64,000 nucleotides of DNA from Candidatus Nomurabacteria bacterium (GTDB lineage: Bacteria; Patescibacteriota; Minisyncoccia; Phycocordibacterales; UBA9973). Positions 49,486-58,711 of this stretch are shown in pieces (the first letter of the stretch is position 1; each line of letters begins with the position of its first letter). The stretch is taken from NCBI GenBank assembly GCA_020631955.1, contig JACKGL010000003.1, forward strand, positions 72,059 through 136,058. Direction: 5' to 3'. The position numbers and the translations under genes are program-made. The notes under the pieces are model-generated. The model was not told where the DNA came from. It saw only the letters and a list, made by a program, of their open reading frames with translations, and did no database searches.

Positions 49486-49780
49486 AATCTTTCTTTATAT
49501 CTGCGATTTGTTTTTCTATTTCTTCTACTACTGTAGATATTTTTTTATATTCTCGATAGACTATCACCCATGAACTAAAAAAAGCTACTACAAGTAGTAT
49601 AGTGGTGTAGATCTTGGTCCCAAAATAAGAATCTAGATTTCTTCCTAAAAAAGCGCCCACAAATGCGGGAACACCAAATATCAAAGCTATCTTAAGTCCT
49701 AACCAAAAAAAATTGGTTATGTACTTATCTCTTTTTTGGTAAAGATCTTTTAATTGGGCTTTTACTTGTTCGTTTTCCAT
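49421..49780 (-). CDS. AtpZ/AtpI-like small membrane protein
   Basis: Two TM helices (LGLKIALIFGVPAFVGAFLG). First gene of the atp operon, preceded by a GAGGG SD. Confidence 0.65.
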   Translation of the reverse strand: MENEQVKAQLKDLYQKRDKYITNFFWLGLKIALIFGVPAFVGAFLGRNLDSYFGTKIYTTILLVVAFFSSWVIVYREYKKISTVVEEIEKQIADIKKDYDISDEERNNNNRTGDDNQHR

Positions 49781-49793
49781 AAAAACCCTCTGT

Positions 49794-49799
49794 ATTATA
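49794..49799 (-). promoter_or_regulatory. -10 hexamer TATAAT of the atp operon, 13 nt upstream of the ATG with a GAGGG SD in between
   Basis: Minus strand: gtgTATAATacaGAGGGtttttATG. Confidence 0.4.
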
Positions 49800-49812
49800 C
49801 ACTAAAAATATT

Positions 49813-49836
49813 AAAAATAAAGAGCCTGTAGAGGCT
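49813..49836 (-). terminator. Short hairpin plus U-run after tRNA-Ile
   Basis: Minus strand: AGCCU-cuac-AGGCU followed by CUUUAUUUUU. The stem is only 5 bp. Confidence 0.35.
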
Positions 49837-49884
49837 TCGTACATCTTATATAATTAGAAAACTTTATATATAAAATGTCAAATG

Positions 49885-49956
49885 TGCGTGTGGAAAGAAT
49901 CGAACTTTCGACCTCTGTCTTATCAGGACAGCGTTCTACCACTGAACTACACACGC
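49885..49956 (-). tRNA. tRNA-Ile (anticodon GAU)
   Basis: Hand-folded cloverleaf. Acceptor GCGUGUG/CACACGC, D-arm GUUC-AGUGGUA-GAAC, anticodon stem CUGUC/GACAG with loop CUGAUAA, T-arm GAAAG-UUCGAUU-CUUUC, discriminator A. CCA is not encoded. Confidence 0.9.
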
Positions 49957-49970
49957 AAATATGTCCGTAT

Positions 49971-49999
49971 AAAATAACAAAAATACCCGATAATTGCAA
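49971..49999 (-). promoter_or_regulatory. Putative tRNA-Ile promoter TTGCAA-17-TATTTT
   Basis: Read on the minus strand. The same TTGCAA -35 hexamer recurs at the grpE/regulator promoters and in the T-box leader. Confidence 0.35.
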
Positions 50000-50001
50000 T
50001 A

Positions 50002-51648
50002 CTATTTTTCTTTATTATGCAAAACCACAACAAAAGTAGAGCCTTTTCCGTCCCCTTCTGAAGATATATCTATCTTTCCATCATGAGCATCTATTATTTT
50101 TTTTACCAGATACAGTCCCACACCGCTTCCAGATCTGTTGATACCTACACCACCTACTCTTGAGAACTTTTTAAATAGATTTGGTACATCTTCTTTTTTA
50201 ATACCTACACCTGTATCTTTCACTTTTATTTGGGTGAAACTTTCATCTCTATCTAAATAAACCTCTACACCACCAGTACTAGTGTATTTAATAGCGTTGT
50301 CTATTACGTTTATTATAGCTTGTCTAAGTTTTTCTACATCACCTTTCACTAAATAAAGGATCTCACCACTATCAGAGTACTTTAAGTAAATTTTTTTATT
50401 TTCAGCCATATTTTGCATCTCAGTAACAATATCTTTAACCATTCTTTTTACATCAAAAATCTGCATAGAGTAAGTAAGTCCTCCCAACTCTATTTTAGAT
50501 ATACTCAAAAGATCTGTGACTACATTGTTTAGGTGCGTGGCTGATTCGTATATTCTGTCTATAGGTTCTTCTAGCTTTTCAGAATATTCCCCAAAAGATT
50601 TTTCCCTTATCATGGAAGCATATCCTCTAAGGGCAGTGAGTGGGCTGCGGAGTTGGTGGGAAGCTAGTAGCATAAACTCTGACCTTAACTTGTCTTTGGT
50701 TTCAAGTCTTTTATTCATCTTTAGTAATGTTCTAGACTGAACCTCAAGTAGTTGTTTTTGTTGAAATTCTTTTTTGACGCTATAAAACAGCACCAATCCG
50801 AAAACTATAGATATCGCCAGAGTCATAAGTATGACTATCAAGTTTTCCCTTGAGCGGAAGAAAAGGAGTTGAGATGCGACAAAAAATACTTGTAGAAATA
50901 TAATCATCTGCACCCCAAGACCTTTGATGTTAAATACTTTAAATTTGACTATGAGAGCCGATATACATATCAAAAATATACCTACACCAAAGAGGCTGTA
51001 GAATTCGTATATATAATTTCCTACATTTTCTGAAACATATCCAGATATGAAAAAAGATAATATAAAAGATAACACTCCTATAGACAAAGTGACGGTTTCT
51101 TTTTTTCTTATCTCATTGGAGTATATAGCGTAAAAAAGATAGAAGATGGAAAGAAGTGTGAAAAATACCTTAAGTGCAAATCCATAATATAGATAGGAAA
51201 TATTTTCTACAGGTAAACAAGAGTTTAGATCGAGACTTGCGATGTTGAACTTAGTAAAAGATAGAAATATAAAAGGTGCGGTCGTTATTATGATCGTATA
51301 TTTTGACATGTAAGGTAGGTCTTTGTTGTACACATATGTATATACAAAATAATACATCAAAAGAAATAGCACTATGGACACTGGTTCTATAAGTGACCAG
51401 GCAAACAAATACACACTAGCTGAAGCAGCTATAAGCCAGACTATATTGTTCAAAATCACCCAAAGAGCAAAAGTCAGAGCAATATAAATGATTATTTTAG
51501 ATGAAGCTTTATGTTTGCTTTGTTTCCATATATACAAAGCTATTATAAGAGTGAGTACCGAGACTGGTATATGAAGATATAAAAGTGTAGTGCCTGTACT
51601 ACCTAGATTTCCGCTACAGTTGTAGATTGTATTATATAAAAAATTCAT
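50002..51648 (-). CDS. Sensor histidine kinase with a large polytopic N-terminal domain
   Basis: About 8 TM helices, H-box ASHQLRSPLTAL, and HATPase_c G-boxes (DTGVGI, GSGVGLYLVKK). No response regulator in the window. Confidence 0.88.
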   Translation of the reverse strand: MNFLYNTIYNCSGNLGSTGTTLLYLHIPVSVLTLIIALYIWKQSKHKASSKIIIYIALTFALWVILNNIVWLIAASASVYLFAWSLIEPVSIVLFLLMYYFVYTYVYNKDLPYMSKYTIIITTAPFIFLSFTKFNIASLDLNSCLPVENISYLYYGFALKVFFTLLSIFYLFYAIYSNEIRKKETVTLSIGVLSFILSFFISGYVSENVGNYIYEFYSLFGVGIFLICISALIVKFKVFNIKGLGVQMIIFLQVFFVASQLLFFRSRENLIVILMTLAISIVFGLVLFYSVKKEFQQKQLLEVQSRTLLKMNKRLETKDKLRSEFMLLASHQLRSPLTALRGYASMIREKSFGEYSEKLEEPIDRIYESATHLNNVVTDLLSISKIELGGLTYSMQIFDVKRMVKDIVTEMQNMAENKKIYLKYSDSGEILYLVKGDVEKLRQAIINVIDNAIKYTSTGGVEVYLDRDESFTQIKVKDTGVGIKKEDVPNLFKKFSRVGGVGINRSGSGVGLYLVKKIIDAHDGKIDISSEGDGKGSTFVVVLHNKEK

Positions 51649-51649
51649 G

Positions 51650-52024
51650 TTAATTTGCTAGGCAATTTAAGTCCTTGTTTTTCATGGAAAGAAGGGTTTT
51701 CTCGCTACATTCTATTACGTCACAAGCAGCACTATCCTCACAGTATTTATATATACATTCCTTGCTGTCACAGGCTAAGTTTTCTGGTTCATATAACATG
51801 GCTAGTTTAAATACAGCCACTTCATCATCAGGGCAAGATGTCGGATTTTCTACTGTACATTTATCTACAAAACACGTACTAGTTTCAGGATCACAAGGTA
51901 TCTTAATTGTATAAAAAAAATCTTTTAAAAAAACAAATCTGTACAACGCCAGAAAAACAGTTGTAACTACTACAACAAAGAAAGCAGCGTACATAGGATT
52001 GATCTTAATATTTAAAAGTGGCAC
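51650..52024 (-). CDS. Membrane-anchored Cys-rich hypothetical protein
   Basis: One TM helix (AAFFVVVVTTVFLALY), then about 85 aa containing 10 Cys. Its stop is 1 nt before the kinase start. The start could be M11 (51994). Confidence 0.5.
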   Translation of the reverse strand: MPLLNIKINPMYAAFFVVVVTTVFLALYRFVFLKDFFYTIKIPCDPETSTCFVDKCTVENPTSCPDDEVAVFKLAMLYEPENLACDSKECIYKYCEDSAACDVIECSEKTLLSMKNKDLNCLAN

Positions 52025-52045
52025 TCAATAATTATATCAAATATT

Positions 52046-53128
52046 TTAAAGTCCAGCCTCTTTTAACTCACTTAATATTCTTTTTTGTTCTTTGGTTAGA
52101 GATTTTGGTATCTTTACTACAACTTTTACCAAAAGATCTCCCCTTTTAGAAAGATGCCCAGATGGTACACCTTTGTTTTTTATACGTATGTAATCTCCAC
52201 TTTGTATACCAGCTGGTATAGATACAGTACTTTTACCATCGAGTGTTTCTAGATCTATTTTACTACCCAAAACAGCGTCTACCATACTTACCTCAAGTTT
52301 TGTTAGTATATTGGCACCATCTCTTGTGAAAGATTTATCAGCAGCTACTTGAATATCGATATAAAGATCTCCGCTTATACCACTTTCATGGTCATCACCT
52401 TTACCGGTAACCTTGATTCTTTGGCCACTCAATATGCCTGCTGGTATTTCTATACTTAACTCCTGCTCTGCATTCAAAAGTTTTTTACCATTACATACGT
52501 GACATTTTTTGTCATATATAACACCTGAACCATTACAGTCATCACAAGCAGTCTCTACCCTAAAAGAACCCAATATTGTCTGCTTCACACCCTCTATCTT
52601 TCCCCTACCTTTACATTTTTTGCAAGTGTCCTTTTTAGATGATGGTTCCCCACCGCTACCTTTACAGTTTTCACAGAGTTTTTTCTTATATATTTTTATA
52701 TTTTTTGTTGTACCAAATATACTTTCTTTAAACGATATCTCTATATTGGCATGTAGGTTTGCTGGGCCTTTTTGTCTCTTATTTCCAAAACCACCAAACA
52801 TTTCTCCAAATATATCACCCATATCAAACTCAAAACCACCTCCATTAGCACCAAACCCAGAAAAATCAAACCCAGAAAAACCTGAAGGATCAAAACCTCC
52901 ATATCCTCCACCCGCAGCGTTGTAAGACCCAAATTGGTCATATTGAGCACGTTTCTTTTCATCACTAAGTACTTGATAAGCCTCATTTACCTCCTTAAAC
53001 TTGCTATCATCACCGCCATTTTTATCAGGATGGTATTTATGTGCGAGTTTTCTAAAAGACTTCTTTATATCTTCTTGCGACGCATTTTTATCTATTTCTA
53101 GAATTTTGTAATAATCTTTTTTGTCCAT
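52046..53128 (-). CDS. dnaJ: Chaperone DnaJ
   Basis: J domain with HPDKN, G/F region, and four CxxCxGxG-type repeats. Confidence 0.96.
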   Translation of the reverse strand: MDKKDYYKILEIDKNASQEDIKKSFRKLAHKYHPDKNGGDDSKFKEVNEAYQVLSDEKKRAQYDQFGSYNAAGGGYGGFDPSGFSGFDFSGFGANGGGFEFDMGDIFGEMFGGFGNKRQKGPANLHANIEISFKESIFGTTKNIKIYKKKLCENCKGSGGEPSSKKDTCKKCKGRGKIEGVKQTILGSFRVETACDDCNGSGVIYDKKCHVCNGKKLLNAEQELSIEIPAGILSGQRIKVTGKGDDHESGISGDLYIDIQVAADKSFTRDGANILTKLEVSMVDAVLGSKIDLETLDGKSTVSIPAGIQSGDYIRIKNKGVPSGHLSKRGDLLVKVVVKIPKSLTKEQKRILSELKEAGL

Positions 53129-53131
53129 AAT

Positions 53132-53749
53132 TTATACGTTAAAAAAGCCTAATACTACAGCGGTAAAATTCAAAATAACATGTGCCATAGATACTAATAT
53201 AAGATTTGGTTTATAAAGATATATGGCAGAAAAAGCTATTCCAGATATAAGAGCTAGTGGTAACATAACAAAAGGATAAGGATAAAAAGCATGTAGAGCC
53301 ATAAACAGTAACGAGTTTATAATGATGATGGTTATCTTATCTGTGTAAACATCACTTAGAGTCTTTATCAAAAACCCTCTAAAAGCTAGTTCTTGAAATA
53401 CAGATACTGGGATGAATGTCAGTAGAAACCATGGTTCAGATAAAAGTGCGTATTTTATATCTAGACCCAATATCTGAGCATAATATATCAAAGCAAGTAT
53501 ACTGACTAAAGTGAACACAAGATATATTTTTAGAGAACTTTTTATATTGTCTGTTCTTATACCTAAGTCTTTATTTGTATATCTTTCTCTAATACTTATA
53601 AGTATGATAGACACGACAGCAAAAAATAGTACAAAAAACCTCATTTGTACAGGAATGATACCGGACTGAATCAGAAGCACTGGCAATAAAAATATTGCCA
53701 GTATTTCTGTCATCAGTTTTTGTTTTTTATCAACAAATCTAAAGGTCAT
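53132..53749 (-). CDS. CPBP (CAAX/Abi) family intramembrane metalloprotease
   Basis: FQELAFRGF (EExxxR-type motif) and FMALHAF. About 6 TM helices. Start overlaps the dnaK stop (TAATG). Confidence 0.8.
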   Translation of the reverse strand: MTFRFVDKKQKLMTEILAIFLLPVLLIQSGIIPVQMRFFVLFFAVVSIILISIRERYTNKDLGIRTDNIKSSLKIYLVFTLVSILALIYYAQILGLDIKYALLSEPWFLLTFIPVSVFQELAFRGFLIKTLSDVYTDKITIIIINSLLFMALHAFYPYPFVMLPLALISGIAFSAIYLYKPNLILVSMAHVILNFTAVVLGFFNV

Positions 53750-55644
53750 TATTTAGACTCTTCTTCGTTATCATTATCATGAATAGTTTCATCTTTTTTA
53801 TCTTCAGCTGTGTCAGTATTTTCTGAAGTTGTAGATTGATCTGTCTGTTTTGACATTTCCTCACCTATTTTTTGCATACTAGTACCTAGTGCTTCTGATT
53901 TCTTCTCTATATCTTCTTTATTATCTTCGTGTAATATAGCTTTTAGTTCAGATATTTTTGTCTCTACTTCTGTTTTCGTCTCTGATGATATTTTATCAGC
54001 GTACTCTTTTAGAGATTTTTCTGCTGTAAATATAACCATCTCGGCATTGTTTTTAGTATCTGCAAGTTCTTTTTTCTTCATGTCTTCTTCTTTATGAAGC
54101 TCAGCTTCTTCTTGCATTTTCTTTATATCTTCTTCTGTTAGACCTGAAGACGCCTCTATTCTTATAGACTGCTCTTTATTTGTAGCTTTGTCTTTAGCTA
54201 CAACATTTAATATACCGTTAGCGTCAACATCGAAAGACACTTCTATTTGCGGTATTCCTCTAGGTGCCGGAGCTATACCATCTAAGATGAATTTACCCAA
54301 TGATTTGTTATCGATAGCCATAGGCCTTTCTCCTTGTACTATGTGTATCTCTACTGACGTTTGATTATCTGCCGCTGTAGAAAATATTTGTGATTTAGAT
54401 GTAGGTATTGTTGTGTTTCTTTCTATTAGTTTGGTAGATACTCCTCCAAAAGTTTCTATACCCAAAGATAGAGGTATCACATCTAGAAGCAGCACGTCTC
54501 TGACTTCCCCTTTCAATACTCCACCTTGTACTGCGGCTCCCATAGCCACCACTTCATCTGGGTTGATACTTCTGTTTGGTTCTTTACCGAAGTACTCTTT
54601 TATCCTTTCTACCATTTTTGGCATTCTTGTCTGCCCTCCCACAAGAACTATTTCATCTATTTCATTTGCTTTAAAAGGAGAGTTTTCTATAACTTCTTTT
54701 GTTATACCAAGAGCTTTTTCTATATATTCGTCAGCTATCTCTTCTAGCTTTGCTCTTGTTATCTTTGTTATAAGGTGCACAGGTCCTGATGCGTCAGATG
54801 TAATAAAAGGAATATTTATCTCAGACTCTGTAGAAGTAGAGAGCTCTATCTTAGCTTTTTCTGCCGCTTCATCTATTCTTTGTAGTGCTAAAGGATCTTT
54901 ACTTATATCTACACCTGAAGATCTCTTAAATTCATCCAAGATATGGTTTACTATTTTACGATCTATATCTCTACCTCCCAAGTGATGATCTCCTCCTGTG
55001 GATTTTACTTCTATCACATCATCACCTACCTCAAGCACAGACACGTCGAAAGTACCTCCTCCGAAGTCGAAGACTGTTATTTTTTGGTTTTTCTTTGAAT
55101 TCATACCATAAGCAAGAGCGGCTGCTGTAGGTTCGTTTATTATTCTTTTTACATCAAGGCCTGCTATTTTACCGGCATCTTTAGTAGCTTTTCTTTGGTT
55201 GTCGTTGAAATAAGCTGGCACTGTTATCACAGCTTCTGTAACTTCTTCACCTAGTTTTTCTTCCACATCTTTCTTTATCTTTGCTAAGATCATTGCAGAT
55301 ATCTCTTCAGGTCTATAATCTTTACCTTCTAGTTCCACAACGACACCTCCACCAGTACCTTTTTTCACTTTATATGGTGCATTTTTTATATCTTCAGCTA
55401 CATCAGCATCGTCAAAATTGTGACCCATGTATCTTTTTATACCGTATATAGTGTTTGTAGGATTGGTCACAGCTTGTCTCTTAGCTAAAAGACCTACCAA
55501 CCTTTCTCCTGCTTTTGATATAGCTACCACAGAAGGTGTAGTTCTAGCACCTTCTCCGTTTTCTATTATTTTTGGAACACCTCCTTCTATTATTGCTACA
55601 GCAGAGTTTGTTGTTCCTAAATCTATTCCTATTATTTTACTCAT
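53749..55644 (-). CDS. dnaK: Chaperone DnaK (Hsp70)
   Basis: [19 protein letters not shown], 631 aa. Confidence 0.98.
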   Translation of the reverse strand: MSKIIGIDLGTTNSAVAIIEGGVPKIIENGEGARTTPSVVAISKAGERLVGLLAKRQAVTNPTNTIYGIKRYMGHNFDDADVAEDIKNAPYKVKKGTGGGVVVELEGKDYRPEEISAMILAKIKKDVEEKLGEEVTEAVITVPAYFNDNQRKATKDAGKIAGLDVKRIINEPTAAALAYGMNSKKNQKITVFDFGGGTFDVSVLEVGDDVIEVKSTGGDHHLGGRDIDRKIVNHILDEFKRSSGVDISKDPLALQRIDEAAEKAKIELSTSTESEINIPFITSDASGPVHLITKITRAKLEEIADEYIEKALGITKEVIENSPFKANEIDEIVLVGGQTRMPKMVERIKEYFGKEPNRSINPDEVVAMGAAVQGGVLKGEVRDVLLLDVIPLSLGIETFGGVSTKLIERNTTIPTSKSQIFSTAADNQTSVEIHIVQGERPMAIDNKSLGKFILDGIAPAPRGIPQIEVSFDVDANGILNVVAKDKATNKEQSIRIEASSGLTEEDIKKMQEEAELHKEEDMKKKELADTKNNAEMVIFTAEKSLKEYADKISSETKTEVETKISELKAILHEDNKEDIEKKSEALGTSMQKIGEEMSKQTDQSTTSENTDTAEDKKDETIHDNDNEEESK

Positions 55645-55661
55645 ATCTTTTCTTATTTTAA

Positions 55662-56195
55662 TTATTTATAAATTATTACTTTAGCTGGTCTTATAACTTG
55701 ATCCCCTCTTTTATATCCTTTCTGTAAAACTTTTATTGTGCCAGGTTTACTAATATCTGTGGGGTCTTCTGTTTTCATGGCTTCATGAATATTTTCGTTA
55801 TAATCATCGCCATCTGATCCGTATTCTTCTACATTATATTTAGACAAAATATTATAGAGTTCTTTGTGTATGTATTCTATACCCACTCTCCAATTCTGAT
55901 CTACACTTTCCCAAACTTGTTTGTTACTCATGGCACTGTTGAACGAATCAAGTACTGGAAACAAATCTTCAATCAAACTCAACTGTAGATTTTTTGTAAG
56001 GTTGGCCATTTTATCAGAATGAGCTTTTTCTTGGTTTGCGTAGTCGGCTTTAGCTCTTTGCCATCCATCCAAATATTCTTGTTTTTCTTCTTTTAGTTTT
56101 TCTATCTGACTTTTGAGTTTATCTATCTTCGATTTACTAGTATTTTCTTCGTCTGTATATTCTATATCGTCAAATTGTTCATCATCTTTTTGCAT
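55662..56195 (-). CDS. grpE: Nucleotide exchange factor GrpE
   Basis: Coiled-coil N-terminus and C-terminal beta domain ([18 protein letters not shown]). Sits upstream of dnaK. Confidence 0.9.
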   Translation of the reverse strand: MQKDDEQFDDIEYTDEENTSKSKIDKLKSQIEKLKEEKQEYLDGWQRAKADYANQEKAHSDKMANLTKNLQLSLIEDLFPVLDSFNSAMSNKQVWESVDQNWRVGIEYIHKELYNILSKYNVEEYGSDGDDYNENIHEAMKTEDPTDISKPGTIKVLQKGYKRGDQVIRPAKVIIYK

Positions 56196-56202
56196 ATCAA
56201 AT

Positions 56203-56230
56203 ATTATATATGGATATAAATATTTTGCAA
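56203..56230 (-). promoter_or_regulatory. grpE promoter TTGCAA-16-TATAAT, with the -10 ending 7 nt before the ATG
   Basis: Read on the minus strand. The -35 lies inside the left arm of the 40-nt palindrome. Confidence 0.5.
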
Positions 56231-56261
56231 GTATTTCCTACATGTGAAATGCTTGCAAAAT
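56222..56261. promoter_or_regulatory. 40-nt inverted repeat (candidate operator) in the grpE / regulator divergent region
   Basis: ATTTTGCAAGTATTTC-ctacatgt-GAAATGCTTGCAAAAT: 16-nt arms with one mismatch. Each arm carries a TTGCAA -35 box. Confidence 0.6.
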
Positions 56262-56281
56262 ATAATTTAATATACTAGAAT
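56253..56281 (+). promoter_or_regulatory. Putative promoter TTGCAA-17-TAGAAT for the divergent regulator
   Basis: Read on the plus strand. The -10 ends 12 nt before the ATG. Confidence 0.4.
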
Positions 56282-56293
56282 AAACCTGTCAAT

Positions 56294-56848
56294 ATGAAAA
56301 ATAAGATCCCGATAAGCGAGATACTCATCAGAAGCGTAGTTAGGTATAACTTTCTAAACGAAGATGACTTGGTCAGATATGTACTAGACTCTCTAGAGAG
56401 GGATTTTTCACTTTCTGATATACCAAACTACAAGTACACAGTGGTTCGTGCTTTAAATACCCTGTCAGACAAAGGTTTGGTTTCTTTAAACAAAAACAAT
56501 CCTACTGTATCTATCACTCTCACAGGTAAAGGTAAACAAATGCTTCTTAAATATAATATTAAAAAAGATACGAATATCGTACCTATGGATTTAGATTGTG
56601 TTTACACTTTTGTGAGTATATCTTTTGATACAGATCAAAAAAGTGCTAAAGATAAAGTAAGATATATATTGCAAAAGACCAATTTCTTGTCTATAAACAA
56701 TAATCTTTTTGTGACTCCTTTCAACTTAGATAGTGTAATAGAAGAACTAAAAACAACTTATCTAGAAAATATAATAGTTATAAAATCAAAAAACATAGAC
56801 CAGAATACAAAAACCATTATAAATGAATATTTCAATATAAAGGTCTAA
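56294..56848 (+). CDS. PaaX-like small regulator (winged helix plus Cas2-like ferredoxin-fold domain)
   Basis: wHTH segment YTVVRALNTLSDKGLVSL...ITLTGKGKQML. The C-terminal half, YTFVSISFDTDQKSAKDKVRYILQKTNFLSINNNLFVTP, fits the PaaX middle-domain pattern. Confidence 0.55.
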   Translation: MKNKIPISEILIRSVVRYNFLNEDDLVRYVLDSLERDFSLSDIPNYKYTVVRALNTLSDKGLVSLNKNNPTVSITLTGKGKQMLLKYNIKKDTNIVPMDLDCVYTFVSISFDTDQKSAKDKVRYILQKTNFLSINNNLFVTPFNLDSVIEELKTTYLENIIVIKSKNIDQNTKTIINEYFNIKV

Positions 56849-57525
56849 GACTCTGGAGTAGGAGTACTTTGAGCTACTGAGTCTAGTTCGTTGTTTATTT
56901 CATTTATATTCATAAGTATCAAAGTTATTATAGACGCTATAATAATACCTATGATATTTACTACAAACACTCCGGACGCATATCTAATCAAAGACCCGTC
57001 GAGTGAAGCTATACCTACTCCGACTGCTGCCAACGGTGGAACCAAAGATACAGCTATAGCTATACCAGTAAGAGAAGAAGAAACCTTCGGGTGTATCATT
57101 CCGTATGTAGCAATAAATCCAGAAAAGGCAGCAACTATAATAGAAAGAAATAGGTCATTTTCAAACGATACTATAAACCTCTCACCCACACCCTGCACAC
57201 CAAAAAGAAAGGTAAATAGTACAGATATACCGAGCGTGTATATGACGCTTCTGATAAATATATTTATAGCGTCTTTTGTTATTTTTTGATCACGTATAGA
57301 AAACCCTACAGATATACCAAGTATAGGCTGTAGAAGTGGAGCTATGATCATACTAGCTATGAGGATGGCTATAGAGTCCAAAAGTATGGCGCATGTTGCC
57401 ATGGCAGCTGATGTAATCATAAGTACATAATATTCTTTAGATGAAGACAGGTTGGCTTTTATCTCCTTTATGAGAGCTAATTTGTCGTTTTTGTTTATAG
57501 TAGCTGAAAATATTTCGTTTAACAT
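56845..57525 (-). CDS. DUF389-type membrane protein
   Basis: YYVLMITSAAMATCAILLDSIAILIASMIIAPLLQPILG matches the DUF389 signature. Its stop overlaps the convergent regulator stop. Confidence 0.6.
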   Translation of the reverse strand: MLNEIFSATINKNDKLALIKEIKANLSSSKEYYVLMITSAAMATCAILLDSIAILIASMIIAPLLQPILGISVGFSIRDQKITKDAINIFIRSVIYTLGISVLFTFLFGVQGVGERFIVSFENDLFLSIIVAAFSGFIATYGMIHPKVSSSLTGIAIAVSLVPPLAAVGVGIASLDGSLIRYASGVFVVNIIGIIIASIITLILMNINEINNELDSVAQSTPTPES

Positions 57526-57533
57526 ATGCTTCG

Positions 57534-57542
57534 ATTATAACA
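57534..57542 (-). promoter_or_regulatory. Extended -10 element TGtTATAAT, 8 nt upstream of the DUF389 ATG
   Basis: Read on the minus strand, directly after the rpsI terminator. Confidence 0.45.
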
Positions 57543-57572
57543 AAAAAATACCTGGTTTCCCAGGTATTTTTT
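57543..57572 (-). terminator. Rho-independent terminator of the ribosomal protein / rpoA operon
   Basis: AAAAAATACCTGG-tttc-CCAGGTATTTTTT. Confidence 0.85.
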
Positions 57573-57977
57573 CTATCTTTTAGACCATTGTGCACTTTTA
57601 CGTGCTTTCTTGAGTCCGAATTTTCTTCTTTCTTTTGTTCTAGGGTCTCTTTTTAGAAGTCCTACTTTCTTAAGATCTTTTCTGTTTTCTGCGGTTTCTT
57701 TTACTAGAGCTCTAGATATACCATGTCTGATAGCTTCAGCTTGAGAACTCACTCCTCCACCGATAACTTTTACAGATACGCTATATGTACTAGGTATACC
57801 AGTTTTAGAAAAAGGTTCTTGAACTGTAGATCTAAGCATGTCTGTCTTGAAGTATTCATCTAGTTTCTTGTCGTTGATAGTAAAGTCTAGCTTGCTTGAT
57901 TCTGTGATTCTTACTCTAGCTATAGATGTTTTTCTTCTTCCTACTGCTTCTATGTATTTTTTATCTTTAGTACTCAT
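57573..57977 (-). CDS. rpsI: 30S ribosomal protein S9
   Basis: C-terminal RDPRTKERRKFGLKKARKSAQWSKR. Confidence 0.96.
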   Translation of the reverse strand: MSTKDKKYIEAVGRRKTSIARVRITESSKLDFTINDKKLDEYFKTDMLRSTVQEPFSKTGIPSTYSVSVKVIGGGVSSQAEAIRHGISRALVKETAENRKDLKKVGLLKRDPRTKERRKFGLKKARKSAQWSKR

Positions 57978-57979
57978 AT

Positions 57980-58324
57980 TTAATCAACAATTTTTAATCT
58001 TTTCATCATATGAGGTCTATGCTTATTATCAGGAAGCATACCCTTCACAGCCTTTCTTATAATCTCAGAATATCCTTTCTTTTCTATCATGTTAGACATT
58101 GTTCTTCTTTTTTGTCCTCCTGGGTATCCAGAATATCTTAGATATTCTTTTTGTTCCAGTTTCTTTTCATCTATAGAAAGTTTACTAGCATTTAAAATCT
58201 CTACAGAAAACTTCTGCTTTACATGCTTTTCAAAATCAGCTTCATTTTTACCTAAAAGTATCTTAGCTGCCTCTGAAGCTACTCTACCCAATCTTTTGTT
58301 TTCTGCGTCTATAGTGTAATTCAT
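57980..58324 (-). CDS. rplM: 50S ribosomal protein L13 (short, 114 aa)
   Basis: LGRVASEAAKILLGK and AVKGMLP motifs. N- and C-termini are shorter than the 142-aa E. coli protein. Confidence 0.9.
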   Translation of the reverse strand: MNYTIDAENKRLGRVASEAAKILLGKNEADFEKHVKQKFSVEILNASKLSIDEKKLEQKEYLRYSGYPGGQKRRTMSNMIEKKGYSEIIRKAVKGMLPDNKHRPHMMKRLKIVD

Positions 58325-58329
58325 AATAT

Positions 58330-58686
58330 TTAATCAACAAACTCAATAATAGCCATCTTACTACCGTCTGATATTCTCTGTGGCAGTTTCAGTATTCTAG
58401 TGTAACCACCTTTTCTTTCTTTATATTTTGGAGCTATTTCTTGTATAAGCTTAGAAGCTGCATCTTTTCTGTTTCTTAGGTTTGCTACTATGTATCTATG
58501 TTTTGCAAGATCAATATCCTTAGCTTTTGTGACAAGCTTTTCTACAAAAGGTCTAAGAGCCTTAGCTTTAGCTTCTGTTGTAGTTATTCTTTCTTCAAGA
58601 ATAAGGTTTCTAGCCAAAGAGTGCATCAAGGCTACTCTTTGATTTCTTTCCCTTCCGAATTTTTTAGTACTGTTGTGATGTCTCAT
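58330..58686 (-). CDS. rplQ: 50S ribosomal protein L17
   Basis: MRHHNSTKKFGRERNQR...TTEAKAK. Confidence 0.95.
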   Translation of the reverse strand: MRHHNSTKKFGRERNQRVALMHSLARNLILEERITTTEAKAKALRPFVEKLVTKAKDIDLAKHRYIVANLRNRKDAASKLIQEIAPKYKERKGGYTRILKLPQRISDGSKMAIIEFVD

Positions 58687-58711
58687 ACGATACAGGATAC
58701 TAACACCAAAT

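Noticed and set aside
49811-49999. 62-aa ORF in the ORF track.
   Set aside because: It is the translation of the tRNA-Ile gene and its flanks. The tRNA cloverleaf explains the sequence.
57976-58340. Exact 15-nt repeat ATATTTAATCAACAA at 57976-57990 and 58326-58340.
   Set aside because: Both copies are the same kind of junction: ...GTT GAT TAA followed by ATAT and the next ATG, at rplM/rpsI and rplQ/rplM. Both upstream proteins end in Val-Asp. This is most simply coincidence or a shared coupling context rather than a mobile or regulatory repeat.
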